A DNA stretch of 64,000 nt. Origin: Balanoglossus misakiensis. Its lineage: Eukaryota; Animalia; Hemichordata. The notes under the pieces were generated by a model. The model ran no database searches. It had not been told where the DNA came from and saw only the letters and a list, made by a program, of their open reading frames with translations. Location: NCBI GenBank assembly GCA_040954595.2, contig CM082576.2:19825028-19889027 (forward strand), read 5' to 3'. How positions within the stretch are numbered: position 1 is the stretch's first letter; every line of letters starts with the position of its first letter. The translations under genes and the position numbers were made by a program. Shown piece after piece: positions 38,612 to 52,510 of the stretch.

Positions 38612-40371
38612 TGTTTTATCTCCACTAACTGCCAACACACTGTCCAATTGCACATTCACTCACTGACATATTCAACACACCAGTTTTTTTATTTCAATAA
38701 AAATTCACAAATGCATGTGAGAAATAACAGAGAGTCAGAAATTGGCATCCACAGGAGTTACTGCATTGCTATATGGTATTATAGAGCAGCCAATGCAGTC
38801 TAACACTTTTATTAGCTTATTAAAGGCAGAAAGTCTCTTTGCTGCCCTTTTTTAATAATTATGTGTGATACAAGAGACTGTTAATGTGGATATATAGTGA
38901 ATCAACGTTCGACCACACACAGCTTCCATCCCGTTTGTAGGATATGACAGTAAAAACTCGCCCAAAATGAATAAATGGTAAAGACCAATTATTCATTTTG
39001 GCAAGATTTTTCACTCTCGTGTCTACAAGCAGTGTGTGTTGTTGAATGTTGATTCACTATATATCCACATGTACATTAACATAAATGGTGTCTTGCATCA
39101 AACATAATTAATGGAAAAGGGTCCCTTTAATTTATATACTTATCAAATTGTAAGCTAACCAATATGGTTAGAAGTCCGATTTGCTTGGACGTGAACCAAT
39201 ATGATCTATCAAAATTTTCTGGTAAAAGTTTGAGTAACTATAACGTGTGCTTTCACCTTTTTTCATCATGTTGCTTGGGCCCTGATGCTTTATAGCTACT
39301 ACAGGATTAGATTACTTCCATTTGGCAGTAGCATATAAGTGTAATGGTGTAGAAAGTTTATCCTGTTTACTGAAAGAGGAATTGCAAGAGAAACCATGTG
39401 TTATAAAAAAAAAATAGAAGATATTAAATAGCCTTAGTAAACATTTCCCAGAAACATTTCAATGAACAGTTACCATAATGTACTTTACATTAGAGTCAGA
39501 GGTGACTAAAAGGCTAATATTGTCATTTGTGAAATGTACACAATTGTATTTATATTGTCGGTGAACTGTTTAGCTGTGTTGTCAGTTATGTTGAGCTTAT
39601 TAGATTGGGTGATTGTCTTATTGGGTGAGTGGTGTCACTGTCTGTCACTTTTCTTTACTGAAACCACGGGGCCAATTACTTTGAAATTTAGTATGCAGGT
39701 TCCTAGGGTGAAGTTGGTAGAGTTTATGTAAATTGTGGTGAAATGTGTAATTTTTGATCAATTTTAGTTGTGTTTAGTTAAATTCTTTGTACAATTACTT
39801 TGAAATTTAGTGTGTAGGTCCTTGGGGTTGATTTTACTGGAATTTGCTCAATTTGTGACAGAATGTGGAATATGTTATTTCGGAAGCAATTGCTTGTTTG
39901 GTCTTTTTTATTTCATAAACCAGATACTGTGATTGTTTTTCTGTTCTTTTTTGTATGTGTGTCTATTTTCACAATTGAAATAAATTAATATAAGGCTATA
40001 TAAAATAAATTGGTGTTTTATGCTTTTTGTGTAAGTATGAATGTATGTATGTGTGTAAGAAGATTGATATTGTTTGTATGGTTGATATCAGATATCATAT
40101 GTCTTATAGTGAGAAAGAAACCACTACACAATCCCTAGTAGTATTTGTGGTAATATATCTGTTTTGAGAATATAGCCCATTAGTATATTGTAGTCTTTGT
40201 ACAACTTTTCTTCAAAATGTGTTATATGAACAAATAAAATATGGCAAGAAGATGAATTGTTTCGAAGAATGAATCATAATAAACAGTAGAATTTGGTCAA
40301 TTTTTGTTCAGGCATAATGAAATAGCTTGTACATGAGCTTGCACGACGGTATTTGGTCAATACAGGGCGCA

Positions 40372-40510
40372 TGCATGTATGTATGTATGTATGTATGTAT
40401 GTATGTATGTATGTATGTATGTATGTATGTATGTATGTATGCATGTATGTATGTATGTATGTATGTATGTATGTATGTATGTATGTATGTATGTATGTAT
40501 GTATGTATGT
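40372..40510. repeat. (TATG)n microsatellite
   Basis: Read directly from the sequence. Confidence 0.98.
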
Positions 40511-42285
40511 ACCTATCTAACACACAACACACACTGTGTATATTTGTTGGGCATTTTGGTTTTCTACCACATATCTCAGTAGTTTCCATGCCATAGTGAC
40601 TCTTCAGTTTTACATAATGATATCCAATATAACCCAATCTACTATTAATGCGATTTTTTTTTTCATTTTGATTGTGGAAATGGTTAAAAATGAAAAACAT
40701 CTGAATTTGTACTTTAATAAATATAAGCTATATAGTATTTTAAAATGGTCATAAATTTATGTTAACATGGCAAAACATGTTTTAGTGTTTATGTATACTT
40801 GTTTAATATAGAGAAATAATTGTACAAATAAAATGACAACTTACTTTTGCTTTTAAAAATAATTAAAAATGGTAATGTTTCTTGAGATATACCAGGGTTT
40901 CTAGAATATAGAGGGCGCTGGCACGGGAACATTTGATGGTTGTCCCCAATACAACATTCTGGTATCATGTTTTATCATCTGTGGACATTTGGCAGCGATA
41001 TCCAACAGGATGTGCATAAAATCCCGAGAAGGTCTTCTCGTTGTATTGCTTCTTGAGATATTGAAACTGTCTTGAATCCCAACGCGAATGTGATGGTGAT
41101 GCGTATGTTGTTGCACGTAGTCACATCCGAAAACGAATCAAGTGCTCTTGTTGTTCAGCAGCTGAATATAGGTTAGTGGGATATGTGTATATTCTCGTGG
41201 TTATTTTTAATGAGTATAAATGACAGAATCGGTGGTTTGAACGTGTAAGAGTTGATGGTATTGGTTATGTAGTTGTGTTTTATCCAATGGTAGTGTGATT
41301 TTAATTGTGTATGAGGCGATGGCAGTTTTGTCAGGCTTTTTTTATTTTCGTGTCAAGCGACATCCAATATGGCGGTTGTCGTTATATACTGAAAGGGTTT
41401 CGTTTGTATGCATGTTTTGGCAAATTGTATATATGTTAACACTGGGCAAAAAGGTTGATATACATTCAGTATTTTTACGTATATGGACACGTAGATCAGG
41501 AATATGCGCAAGTATACAATAGTCTGCACAGTTGTACATCTACAATCTGCACGACGTATATGTGACGTATATTCACGTATATGGAACATACCAATGTGTT
41601 AGTATACGTGCACGTATATCTATGAAGATCACGGGTGTGCACAACGCAGACTATTGCAGATTAAGTGCACACCATAAACATTCTAACGTATTTGTACATA
41701 TTCTTAGTGCATATCTTCCTTGCTATTTGCATATCTGTGTTATTAGCATACGTTACATCATCATCACAGACATTTACATTTGCATAGTTGAGTTTACGTT
41801 TCTGGTATTTTTACGTATATTTATTGCAGACCCTTCCGGAAATTACCATACATTATGTCATCATTGAGGCCAAATATTTGCATATATTAACTGGGGGGGG
41901 GGGGGGGGGTCATATGTAAATTATTCCCAAGGTCGCAATACAGGGGTCATCCTTTATGGTCAGGATTAGGCCTTGCCTTTTTTATTCACTGTTCCTTTGC
42001 AAATTTGATGCTATGTATCTGTTTTGAAAGGCTACTGCATTTCAAGCAAATAAATAGCAACAAATCAGTAAAGGCAGTGATAGATTGACAGAGAAAACAA
42101 AAACCAACACAGTTCAAGCCAACACACTTTCTCCATCATGCATCAACACAAAACTGCCCACATATAACTCTGATTAATAACACCATAAATCAATGAACTT
42201 CACTTAAAGGTAATTTTAATGTAAAAACTGAAAAAAGGAAAATAATACAATGTATAAACACAAATAAATTCTTAGAAGATAAAAT

Positions 42286-44999
42286 TTAAACCCTCGACTC
42301 ATTTAACAATTCTGAAAGGCAGTTTTTTGGTGGGTCCCTAAAACATGGGGGGCCACCAACTCTCTTCAACCGTAAGGTTGGTTGAACCTCAATCAATTTG
42401 TTATCTAATTTTACAATAAGGTCATTAAGGGCCTGCGATCTAAAGGCAGGCGATCTGATGATTAGTCCATCTTGACCATCTTCTTCATCTGACATCATCA
42501 GATCGCCTGCTTTGACTACTTTTTCCCACAATAACTTGTCGCCTTCTTCCACCATTTTTCCACGACTCTGTAGAAGCTGTTAAAAGAACAAAAGAAAAGT
42601 ATTTAGTTTGACGATCTTAAGCACTTATCTTTGACTATGCTGCCTATTTAAAGGGACAGAGTCACTCTCGCTGCACTTTTTCCATTAATTATGTTTGATA
42701 CAAGACACTGTTTATGTTATTCTACATGTGGACATGTATTGAATGAGCATTCAACCACACACACCATCCATCATGCTTGTAGACAGGCTTGTAGGGCGAG
42801 TTTCAACTCTCCTATCCTACAAACAGAATAGAAGTTGTGTATGTCTAGTACTTCATCAGCAGCTGAAATGTTGTCAATGTATTTTACTGTTGTAGACAAA
42901 GATAGCATTCACCAATCAGCATCTAACTTACCCTTCTCCTCCTTGATCTCAGTTTATTCTTCATGGCAGTGTTTGCTTTTCTTTCCTGATTCTTTTCCAT
43001 GTTGTCAACAAATTTCCGTCTCTCCGTTTGCCATTTTCTATAAACTGCAACTGAATCAAAAAAAGGATTTCATAGTAGTGTACAAGTGACTCACCATCAT
43101 ATAACAATATCAGAAAATTTAATAATTATGTACAACTGGTCATTGGTGTGAGCATTTTGCCAATTCTTCAAAACTGGGTAGCCTTGAAGAAATTGTTTGA
43201 AATGCATAAGATGTTGATGGGCACACAAAACAGATGTTTTCTTAAATTTCTCTGTAATTTACTATACAATGCTGACCTACAAAATGGGTAAGTCATCGGA
43301 TAACTGTATGCACCGTACAAGTTCAGTAAAAAGCTGCCTATAGTACATATAAAGACACTGCTTAGTGCTAGAATGATTTAAAACTAATCATATCACAAAT
43401 CATATTAGGTTGTAAAGTGTTCAAATAAATTTTAGATTTCTTACATTCCATCTCTTCCTCCTTGTATTCATCAGCATATTTTGCTTTTAACTGGTCAACC
43501 AGTCCTTTGAAGACAGTCTGGTTATGGGCACTCCTTAGCCTCCCTGTATGAAGAGTAAATGAACACAAAAAAACATTTAATTAAGTTAAAACTGAAGTTT
43601 TTCTGTGGGGTTGAACTGAACATGCAAACCACACAAAATATGCCATTGACAAATGAAATATTTCACCTTGAAAGATTCAATACATGGTATGACAATGGTC
43701 AGAACTCAAATGCAAATAATGCTTGAATGTTACAATGAGCAAAAATGGTCAGGATCAACTTGGAAAATGAGATCATTGCCCACCTCTTGCTAGCAGTAGC
43801 ATATTTGTCTGTTACGAAACTTACTGTTCCTACATGTATGTGTGAGTTCTGGGCAAGGTCAATTATTTTTACTTGTGATTTTCTTTTGCATACATTATCA
43901 CATGATAATCAACAATAATCCCTATTGTACACTGGGCAGGCTCCCCAATAAACTAACCCAAAGACTGGTGTGTTTACATTTTTTGTCCAAGTTAATTATC
44001 ATGCAAAAATCATGGACGCATCAGAACACCCCGTAAACGACGAGAAAAAGGCGACATGGTCATGGTTATGCTATTTTACCAATCACAAACAACAGGCATT
44101 GCAACATCTCTTGTCTGACGGGGTATTTGACCACTTTAACGCACAGAGACAGAGTGGTTGACTTCCTGTTGTCGTCAACCATACATTGTTTACACATTGT
44201 TCGTGATAATCCCTAATGCCTCTACGCCGAAGTTCCGCGTCCTTTCTCTCTGGGGGCTATAACTTATAAATCTTCACACACTACACCAAAAAGATTACAG
44301 TGAGAAAAAAAGAGATATACTTACTCATTGTCTACTTCAAAAGCATCTTCAAGGCCTGCATACAGCCGTTTTACCTGCCGCTGCAAGGTAAAACAATGGA
44401 TATTTGGATTAACAACAAATATGTTTGGCGAGAAATATCATTGTACCTAGCCCCTATGCACAAACGACTGAACAAAAAACACATTATCATAATATGGCAA
44501 TCCAACCATTTCCAAATAGCTAAAATGCAATCGAGCAGAGTGTAAAACGAAACACATGAGGGGCGCGGATATAGACCAAGGCGCGTTTACATTGACTTAC
44601 AAATATCATGGGATCCACCTTCTTTGTACTGCTGCCGCCGCCGCCGCCGTTCTGTTGTTTTTCTCTGAGGGCTTTGACCTCGGTCTCCAGACTGTCCAGT
44701 TTCTGTAACAGTTCCTCTCTCGTGTCGTCTGTTGTCGACACGAACTTGTCGTGTACCCGGTTGACGGCATTCAGTAGCATCCGCATGCTACTAGTATTCG
44801 GGTTCTCTGATGATGAGCTGCTACTGCCAGGGGTGCTTGATGAGAGGCCTGCAGCTGATGAGGAGGTCGATCGTCTTTTCAAAAAAGGGGACGGGGACGG
44901 GGACGACGTCGACGGTGAGGCTCGCGAGGAACCGAACGAGTCATCACCCAGAACTTCGGCCAAAACTTCAGGTTCAGCTCGTCTGTAGAATCTTGACAT
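42286..44999 (-). CDS. Transposon-borne C14orf93/DUF4616-like protein (~319 aa, 5 exons)
   Basis: Exons 44999-44601 (Ser-rich plus coiled coil), 44380-44325, ~43539-43445, 43050-42932, 42576-42286. Spliced C-terminal half: RQVKRLYAGLEDAFEVDNELRSAHNQTVFKGLVDQLK...FAVYRKWQTERRK...KLRSRRRRLLQSRGKM...LLWEKV...LMMSDEEDGQDGLIIRSPAFRSQALNDLIVKLD...KRVGGPP. The exon 2/3 junction is in frame only via the weaker AG at 43541-43540. Family call rests on recalled motifs, not a search. Confidence 0.72.
42648..42830. mobile_element. Kolobok-like MITE fragment, with related pieces at ~25080-25225, ~27370-27520 and ~38830-39130
   Basis: TTAA|AGGGACA terminus; the shared core gtgtcttgtatcaaacataattaatggaaaa occurs in either orientation at these sites. 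Confidence 0.55.
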
Positions 45000-45396
45000 C
45001 GCGAAAACGTTTGAGAAATCTTGGAGGTATATATTGAAATGAACATGTACGCCGCATTCGAGAATGGGTATAAACTGAGTCCTGAAAACGTCCCCATTTT
45101 AAACTGCGCGCCCTGTTCACACTTCATGCACTTGTAAAAGTCAAAGGTGAATGTTTCATCCTTCAAAATGATTGGACACATTTAAAAGTCAAAGGTTACG
45201 TCGGAAGAGACCATTAATGAAGGGGTGGGTAAATATGGCTGGCACGTTGCCTTACGTACAAATAGCAATAAAATACGTAGCTAAAATACCCCTTCATATG
45301 TGTAAAGATCCTACGGCCCCCACAGTGCAGTCATTTACACAATACGCGTCTGTATTTCCACTATATTCTTCTGTGGTTGTAGAAAACCGTAGTACA

Positions 45397-48300
45397 ATGC
45401 CTTTGAGAAAGTACGCGACGAAAATTTGCCCTTACTGTAAGGCAAGCCTTTCAAAGTCTGGCTACTATGAACACAAAAACCGAAAGGGTGCCTGCGTCAA
45501 GTCGGATGATTTGACAGTATCTGAAAGAACCTCCACAGTTCCAGAGTTTGTCGTCTCCGGTGACGATAATGCAGAGCTTCCGGGTAGTGGTATGGTCGGC
45601 TGTGAAGTCAATGACGATGATGTCAGTTTCACCTCTTCAACGAGGGATCTCACGGAAAGTGACGCAGATTCAATTTCATCAAATGAACCGGAAAGTGAAG
45701 AATCTTCACAACGAGAGCAAATGGTAAGTTTACAGTGTGACTGCAGTGTTTCACGCCCATCTCTCTGCTATTTGTCAATGAGTCATGTGTATGTGTACCG
45801 ACCACTGTTTAACTATTATGCATTCAAGACCGGACTTTTTCTGATATTATTTGAAATCCAGAGCAAACCCTGTAAATGCCAAAGGTAAAGGTGAGGGAAA
45901 TTTCAGAGGTGAATTGCGATCCTCTCAGCTGCCACAGCAAATGTCAAATTTATTTTTACATAAGTCATAACTCATTTACATTCCATGAACCATGAAGTTC
46001 TCTTGTTTGGTTTTATTTCCAGTACTGTATTTTTATTCTGTGTTACCCAGTGTTCTCATTGTCAACATAGCCTATATCTGTGTAACAACCATTGTTTTTT
46101 GTTGACAAATGGGAAATGAAATCTCGTCTGGACATGGATTCAATTTTGCAAATAACAATGCTTTACCGTACACATACATGTATATGTATATGTCGAAGTT
46201 TGGTAGATAATTTTTTGAAATTGAACACGAAACTGTACTATATATACACTTACAAAAATACTGAAACCATTATGTCTTGCAATATGATAAACTATTTACT
46301 TTATTCAAACTGTCTATTTAGACCATCAACGTGCAACTGATGCATTGACATTTTAATTTAAGTCCTGCCTCTGTATCTCCAATTGCTTGCAATTCTAAGG
46401 TTTTTTTCACTTTTTTGTTGCAGACTAGTGAAATATGGAACGAGAATGAACTACATGAAGCAGCAGACTTTGAAAGTTCAGCTGGTGCATCAGCTGAGCA
46501 ATCACAATTTAAAGGGCAGCTAAAGGGGTTTTTCCTGCTTCTCCTGCACTGGCAGTATGTCAACTACGTTTCTGATAAAGCCATGGCTGTCTTGTTTAAG
46601 ATTCTTTTCAAACTACTGCTGCTGCTTGGGATCATATTGAAAAGTAAGAAATTAGAAGAATTTTCCAGCCAGTTTCCACATACTTTTCATGGCATCAGAA
46701 CATTGTTGGGACTGGAAATAGATAACTTCAAGAAATTTGTGATGTGCCCAAAATGTCATACCAGGTACGACTACAGTGAAGCATTTGAAGAGAATAGCAG
46801 AGGAAAGAAAAAGTCTAAGACCTGCACGCATGTTGAATTTCCAAGTCATCCACACAGAAAACAGCGTAGACCATGTGGTGCATTCCTGATGAAGACTGTA
46901 AGGGGAAAGAACAGTGCTGAATATTTGTATCCAAAACGACTGTACTGTTACAAAAGCATCAAAGCGTCACTTCAGGAACTTATCAAAAGGCCAGACTTTT
47001 TACAGAAATGCCAAGAATGGAAGCAAAGGGAAGTTCCTGATGGAATTTTATCCGATGTTTATGATGGGAGAGTGTGGAGAGAGTTCATGCTAAAAGACAG
47101 TAGTGATGAACATACTTTTGCAGCAATGTTGAATGTAGACTGGTTTCAGCCATACAAACATACAAATGACTCAGTGGGAGTCATATATCTGATTTTGCAG
47201 AATCTGCCACGTACTGAACGATTTAAACCTGAAAACATTATATTGGTAGGAATCATACCTGGTCCTACAGAACCGAAACGGGACATAAATCCTTACTTGG
47301 ATCCATTAGTGGATGAATTACTTGAGATGTGGAATGGTGTTGAACTAAAGGATTCTTCCTTCTGTGGATTTAATATCTATAGCATGATGCTCCTATGCCT
47401 GTCTTGTGACATACCAGCTTGTCGGAAATGTGGAGGTTTTTTGGGACATTCAGCTGAAAAAGGTAGGGTGTCAGTCCTTACATTTTATTAAAGCTTAATT
47501 AGTTATAAATTTGCCATTTTTTCTGTACTTTATTTTTTCCTGTGTTTCAATTGCAATTCTTTCTGTTTAACGCAAAATATGGCTTTTGAGTACATGTATA
47601 TTGTAATGATCACACCCCTTCATTGGAAGTATTTGGGGATGAAAATAATGTTTTACCAAATCAAACTGGTGTAACAGTAGAGATACAAAATTGTTAATTG
47701 CATTTCTTGTCTTTAAAGTCGATTAGGTATAGGAACCAATTTGTGAACTTCACTCTCTGAAGAGACCTTAATAACTTTGACTCAATTATTCTTTTTAGGT
47801 TGCAATAAGTGTTTGCGGAGTTTCCAGCGTGATGGTTTTGGGAGTAAAGCTGATTATTCTGGTTTCAATCCAGAAGACTGGGAGGAACGTACCAATGAAG
47901 AACATCAACTTTATGCAGGTATTTATTGAATACCATAGTTTTTCCAATATTCAAACTGCTGAAATAGTTCAACCAACAATCATTTCCTGGAATGTATATT
48001 ATTTTTTGAACTGCATTACTTCGTGCAATATGTAAAAAGATGCACATTTCCTCTACTGTTTCTCTTTACTGTGAAAAAGGGACATATTATAATCGTCGTA
48101 AAGTGACATCATGTAAATATGACAAGCATCTACATGTACACTGGTTTACACATTGCTATATCAGTACGCGTATTTTTCTTTTTTTCTAGGAATGGCCAAG
48201 CAAGCAAAGACAAAAGCAGAACGTCAGCAAATTGAATCAAAGTATGGAGCAAGATATTCAAGTCTTTACCGTCTTCCATACTACAATGCTGTGCGCTTCA

Positions 48301-49647
48301 GTGTCATAGATCCAATGCATAATCTCTTACTGGGTACTGCAAAACACGTCCTCAAGGTTTGGAAAGAATGCAAGGTTGTTAGTGATGAAGATATGGAAGA
48401 AATTCAGAGAAGAGTCAATGAGATGAAAACTCCCAGTGATGTTGGAAGGATTCCTAGCAAAATAACCTCTGGATTTTCTGGTTTTACAGCAGACCAGTGG
48501 AGAAACTGGACATGTATATACTCTTTGTATGCTATCCAGGGTTTTGTAACTGGTGAACATCTTGACTGTTGGAAACAGTTTGTGTATGCATGCAAATTGT
48601 TGTGTAGTAGAAGTATTTCTGTAGAGAAGGTATCAACTGTCCACACATATTTAAGATTATTTTGTAAGAAATTTGAAAAGTTATATGGACCTGAGATGTG
48701 TACTCCAAATATGCATTTACATTTACATCTGAAAGAATGCCTACTGGACTATGGTCCTGCATATTCTTTCTGGTTGTTCTCATGTGAACGATACAACGGT
48801 ATCTTAGGTAATTTTCCTACCAATAATCGTGCTGTCGAAGTGCAATTAATGAGAAAATTCATGCAGGGTTTTCAAGTTTACTCTATGCAATGTAATAGCT
48901 CTGACAATTTCTTTCATGATATCTGGTCCACCTTTCAGGAGAACTGTACAGGCTCATTAGCTATAAATGAAAGTGAAAATAACTACTATGAAAGTCATAG
49001 GAGGAAAACTTCTCAAAGTTTTGAGGATGTAAATTTTTCAGAATCTGAGTCTCAGATTGTCCTACCTCCTATTGTGCAATCGGCTCTTGACTCTGAAGAT
49101 ATAGAAATGTTGGATAACATGTATTCATATTTATATGCAAGTAAGCGTGTTAAAGTGATTGTTGCACTAACAGAACAATTCAGTAGAGTTTGGCAAGATG
49201 GCCAACTGTACAATGTAGCCATCGCCAAAGAACGAAGGCAGTGCATATGTGGTAGCATGCTGGTGTGAATAGGACCAGCAGTCAGGCCTCTTGACTATAG
49301 ATCCAAAGTGTCAGACAGAGAGAGCTGGTATAATTAAAGAACTTTTTCGCAGTGAAGTAATTTTGCAAGCTAATGAAGGGAAGTTGAAAAAAATTTCCCA
49401 TATAAGAGCCAAAGTTGAGTGGTTGACAGATCACCCTTTCCATAATTATTTTGGTGGTGATGTAACTGTTTGGGGAACCACAACTGAATGCACAACAAGT
49501 GCACAGTTCATACCCTTAGAGAGAATTAGATGTAGGTGTGCAGTATCTGTTACCAAGGTGAAGTTTCAATATCAAAGTGGAAATAGGACAAGAATTTTAG
49601 AGAAAACTGTCACAATCACTGTCCCTTTGAAAAGTATGAGTATTTAA
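45397..49647 (+). CDS. CACTA/EnSpm transposase (Transposase_21/TnpD-like), C-terminus disrupted
   Basis: Exons 45397-45723 (CPYC...YYEH zinc-finger-like), 46424-47462, 47799-47918, 48190-49268; all GT-AG and in phase, 854 aa to the first stop. Motifs: SDVYDGRVW, LNVDWFQPY, ENIILVGIIPGPTEP, CDIPACRK, GCNKC, IDPMHNLLLG, TPNMHLHLHL, YSFWLFSCERYNGILG. Coding-like sequence continues in another frame to 49647. Confidence 0.9.
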
Positions 49648-52412
49648 AGGCATGTAAGCTGCAACTTGAAACTCTATAAACAAAGCATAATTTCATTCAC
49701 TTGAACTCTGGAAGTAAATGTACTCTCAGAGACATAACATTTTCATTTTTCATTGCACTATTGCACTTGTTAAAAAATGCAGGAATTGCATTACTGATAT
49801 TTCTTTACTTTTTTGGCCATTTTGTCATAAGTGTTGATCTTGATATACTACATTAAGAAATTTCATTTAATAGACATATTTAAAAAGCATATCTGATTTT
49901 TTTTAAAGCTTAAATTTTCTTATCCAGTTGTAGCTCATGTGCCAAGAAGGAAGGTGTTATGTATTGGTATTAACTGTTATGTATAATTTGTTGTGTACGA
50001 GGCTGAACACATGAGCATGCACAGTTGGTAATAAAGAAGCAGCATCGCTGTCTAGTTTGAACACACATGTCCAATTCTGTGTTGTCTAATTTCTCTGGTA
50101 TGAGCCCACAATAAAATAGCAATATATTACAATATGTTTCTGTGGAAAATCCAAAAAAATTTCAACCACACTTATTAGTTTTTAAAAATTTAGCAAAATT
50201 GAAAATCACTCCCCAAAATCCTGGAGAAATTATTCAACTTCCTATAGCCCCTTCCATCACTGACTGCATCCTGAAACAATAATTCTGGAAAATCACTGAA
50301 ATATTCCTGCTACATCCCTAAATTTCAGTGAGTTTGAGCTGTGACCACCCATGTGTGTACATTATCATCTCTGACATCAAGTTTCTGCAACAACTCTTCT
50401 TATGCTTCGCATGGTGTTGAAACAAACTTATCATACACATGGTTGACGGCGTTCAGTAACTTGCGCATACCAATTGAATAGTTTGCCAGGGGTGCTCCTT
50501 TGTGGCTTGTGTTTCTGCTTAAGGGGAACGTCGTCGATCTTGAAACGACGTTTTGCGGCATATAGGGGCCCTCTAGTGACCAAATGTGGGGAGTGTAGTA
50601 TTGTATTACATGTGTGCCGTAAAACGGCTTCTACCTGTACAGCGTAAGTTGGCCGTGAGATGCCAAACATAGCGCGTGTAGGTTTCCTTTTATGTACAAC
50701 AAAATTTTGAGCTTATCATTTTTACGCAAACTTGAGTACCTTATGTTTACCAAGTTCTATTCATTTGTTCGGAAATTATGGCATGTATTGAAGTATATTG
50801 ACTCATTCGTATAACCAAAGTTACATCGATACAACTATTAGTGCGAATATTTCCCTCAATTGGTATTCAAGTTCTTGATTGATCCCTATAATTTAACAGT
50901 CTGGATATCGTGTGATCGCGCCCAAAGCAAAATGATCCTTGATTCGCACAGCACTCAATAAAACACGTACGATTCGCGATGAGATATTCGGTCAACAGCA
51001 ATACCTACCTTAAATTCAGTTCGTCAGTTTGATAATGGGCCGCGGCCATAGCCTATATATATTAGGCCTATATCAGTTTAATTTAACGTAACTTGTAAAT
51101 TTCTTGCTGCACTAGGAGGCCTATAGTTCAAAATGACAAATAATTCGGACTGGTTAAAGGACAGCTGTTAACCGCGACTAGGCTGGAAACATCAGAGAAC
51201 TACCGGAATACGTAAACTGTCAAAAAAACCCCGCCTGCGCTGTTGTTCGCAATTACTTCCCCATCCATCTCTCCCCATCGCAATTGCATAGTGGCAGAGA
51301 CAGGGATACGTTCGACTAATTATGATGTTTGCACTTTATGTCAATCGAACAGATGACATTGGAACTCTTGGAAAATGTTTTGTTAATTTTGTGCAAGAAA
51401 TGGGGTTCAGAGCAAGTCGTTCGCTGTTGCTGTATCATGTGCTGCTCTAGGCCCTAATTCCTCGAAACTCGCGTTAAAGGCCGCCGCAGACGAGAGAAAT
51501 AATAGCTGTCATTCGAGGAATTTTAATTTGCTCAGCAATATTTCCTTCCATGTACGGGCGACTTTTCCTTATCTTTTTACTTTTGCGCCGCGGATCATAT
51601 CGACATATATCAGTCAGCATGACCGTGTCTCGGTCAAGAGACTAGAACGTCGTTAGCTGCTGTCCATGCCAGAATCCATATCGGTGTCGCAGTTTGCAAC
51701 ATGATCATATCTGTGCCTAAGGTTATTTGCAACCAATTAATTTTGTGGCAATTCACTATCGTATTTGTGACTGTCACAAATGGTATTTGGTAAAGTGAAT
51801 TAAGAGGTGCCAGTCTAATTTCTTTATGTCTGACGTGACCAAAACCTGGGCTCGGGCCAGCCCTGGTCGAGAGCCGCCAGAGGCAGCAGCTCCCATCGCT
51901 TGTGGCGTAAGCGCCGCCGCCGCCGCGCGGCGCCGGTACGCGTCGTTGGGGTGACCGCATGTATCGAAGGCCTTTATCATGTTTATACGGGACTGTAAAT
52001 ATTTATTACACATATAGCTACACAACTTGCGTTTTCGTCAAGGAAGTAGTCCCCCCCCCCCGTCCACCCAGTTCGCAACACGGTTAAAACCAGTGCCGTT
52101 GGCGGTAAACAAGTCGATCAGGCGGCCGCGGGGGCTCATGGCCGGTTGAACTGTAGAAACTTAGTGTCAAGACGGAATTTCAATGTTGAGATCTTATCTA
52201 CGATAACTGAAGAAAATGTCATTTTCCTGTAGGTCTATGCTCTAGTAGTGCCTGTAAGTCTGTGTGTTCCTGGCATGGCGATACGTGTAACCACGGTGTA
52301 GTTGTAAGGAAACGGGGCCGTGTACAAGGCAAGGAACACAAAGACCGTATAGCCCTGCGTACATTGAGTGTTCCCTGCGTTACACGGCCTCCACTAGCTC
52401 TGCGTGGCAGGG

Positions 52413-52510
52413 TAGCTCCGCGTACAGGTCTGTGTGTTCCCGGCGTTACACGGCCTCCTCCGGTGGAGGCCATGTAACGCCGGGAACACACAGACCTGTA
52501 CGCAGAGCTA
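52413..52510. repeat. Near-perfect ~46-bp-stem palindrome (MITE-like), with degenerate copies over 52230-52570
   Basis: tagctccgcgtacaggtctgtgtgttcccggcgttacacggcctcc-tccggt-ggaggccatgtaacgccgggaacacacagacctgtacgcagagcta. Confidence 0.9.

Noticed and set aside
38025-40700. Long MYVC/HTYI ORFs
   Set aside because: Translations of TATG/TACA microsatellites.
44608-45181. Overlapping ORFs around the start of the DUF4616-like gene
   Set aside because: Shadow frames of the GC-rich first exon.
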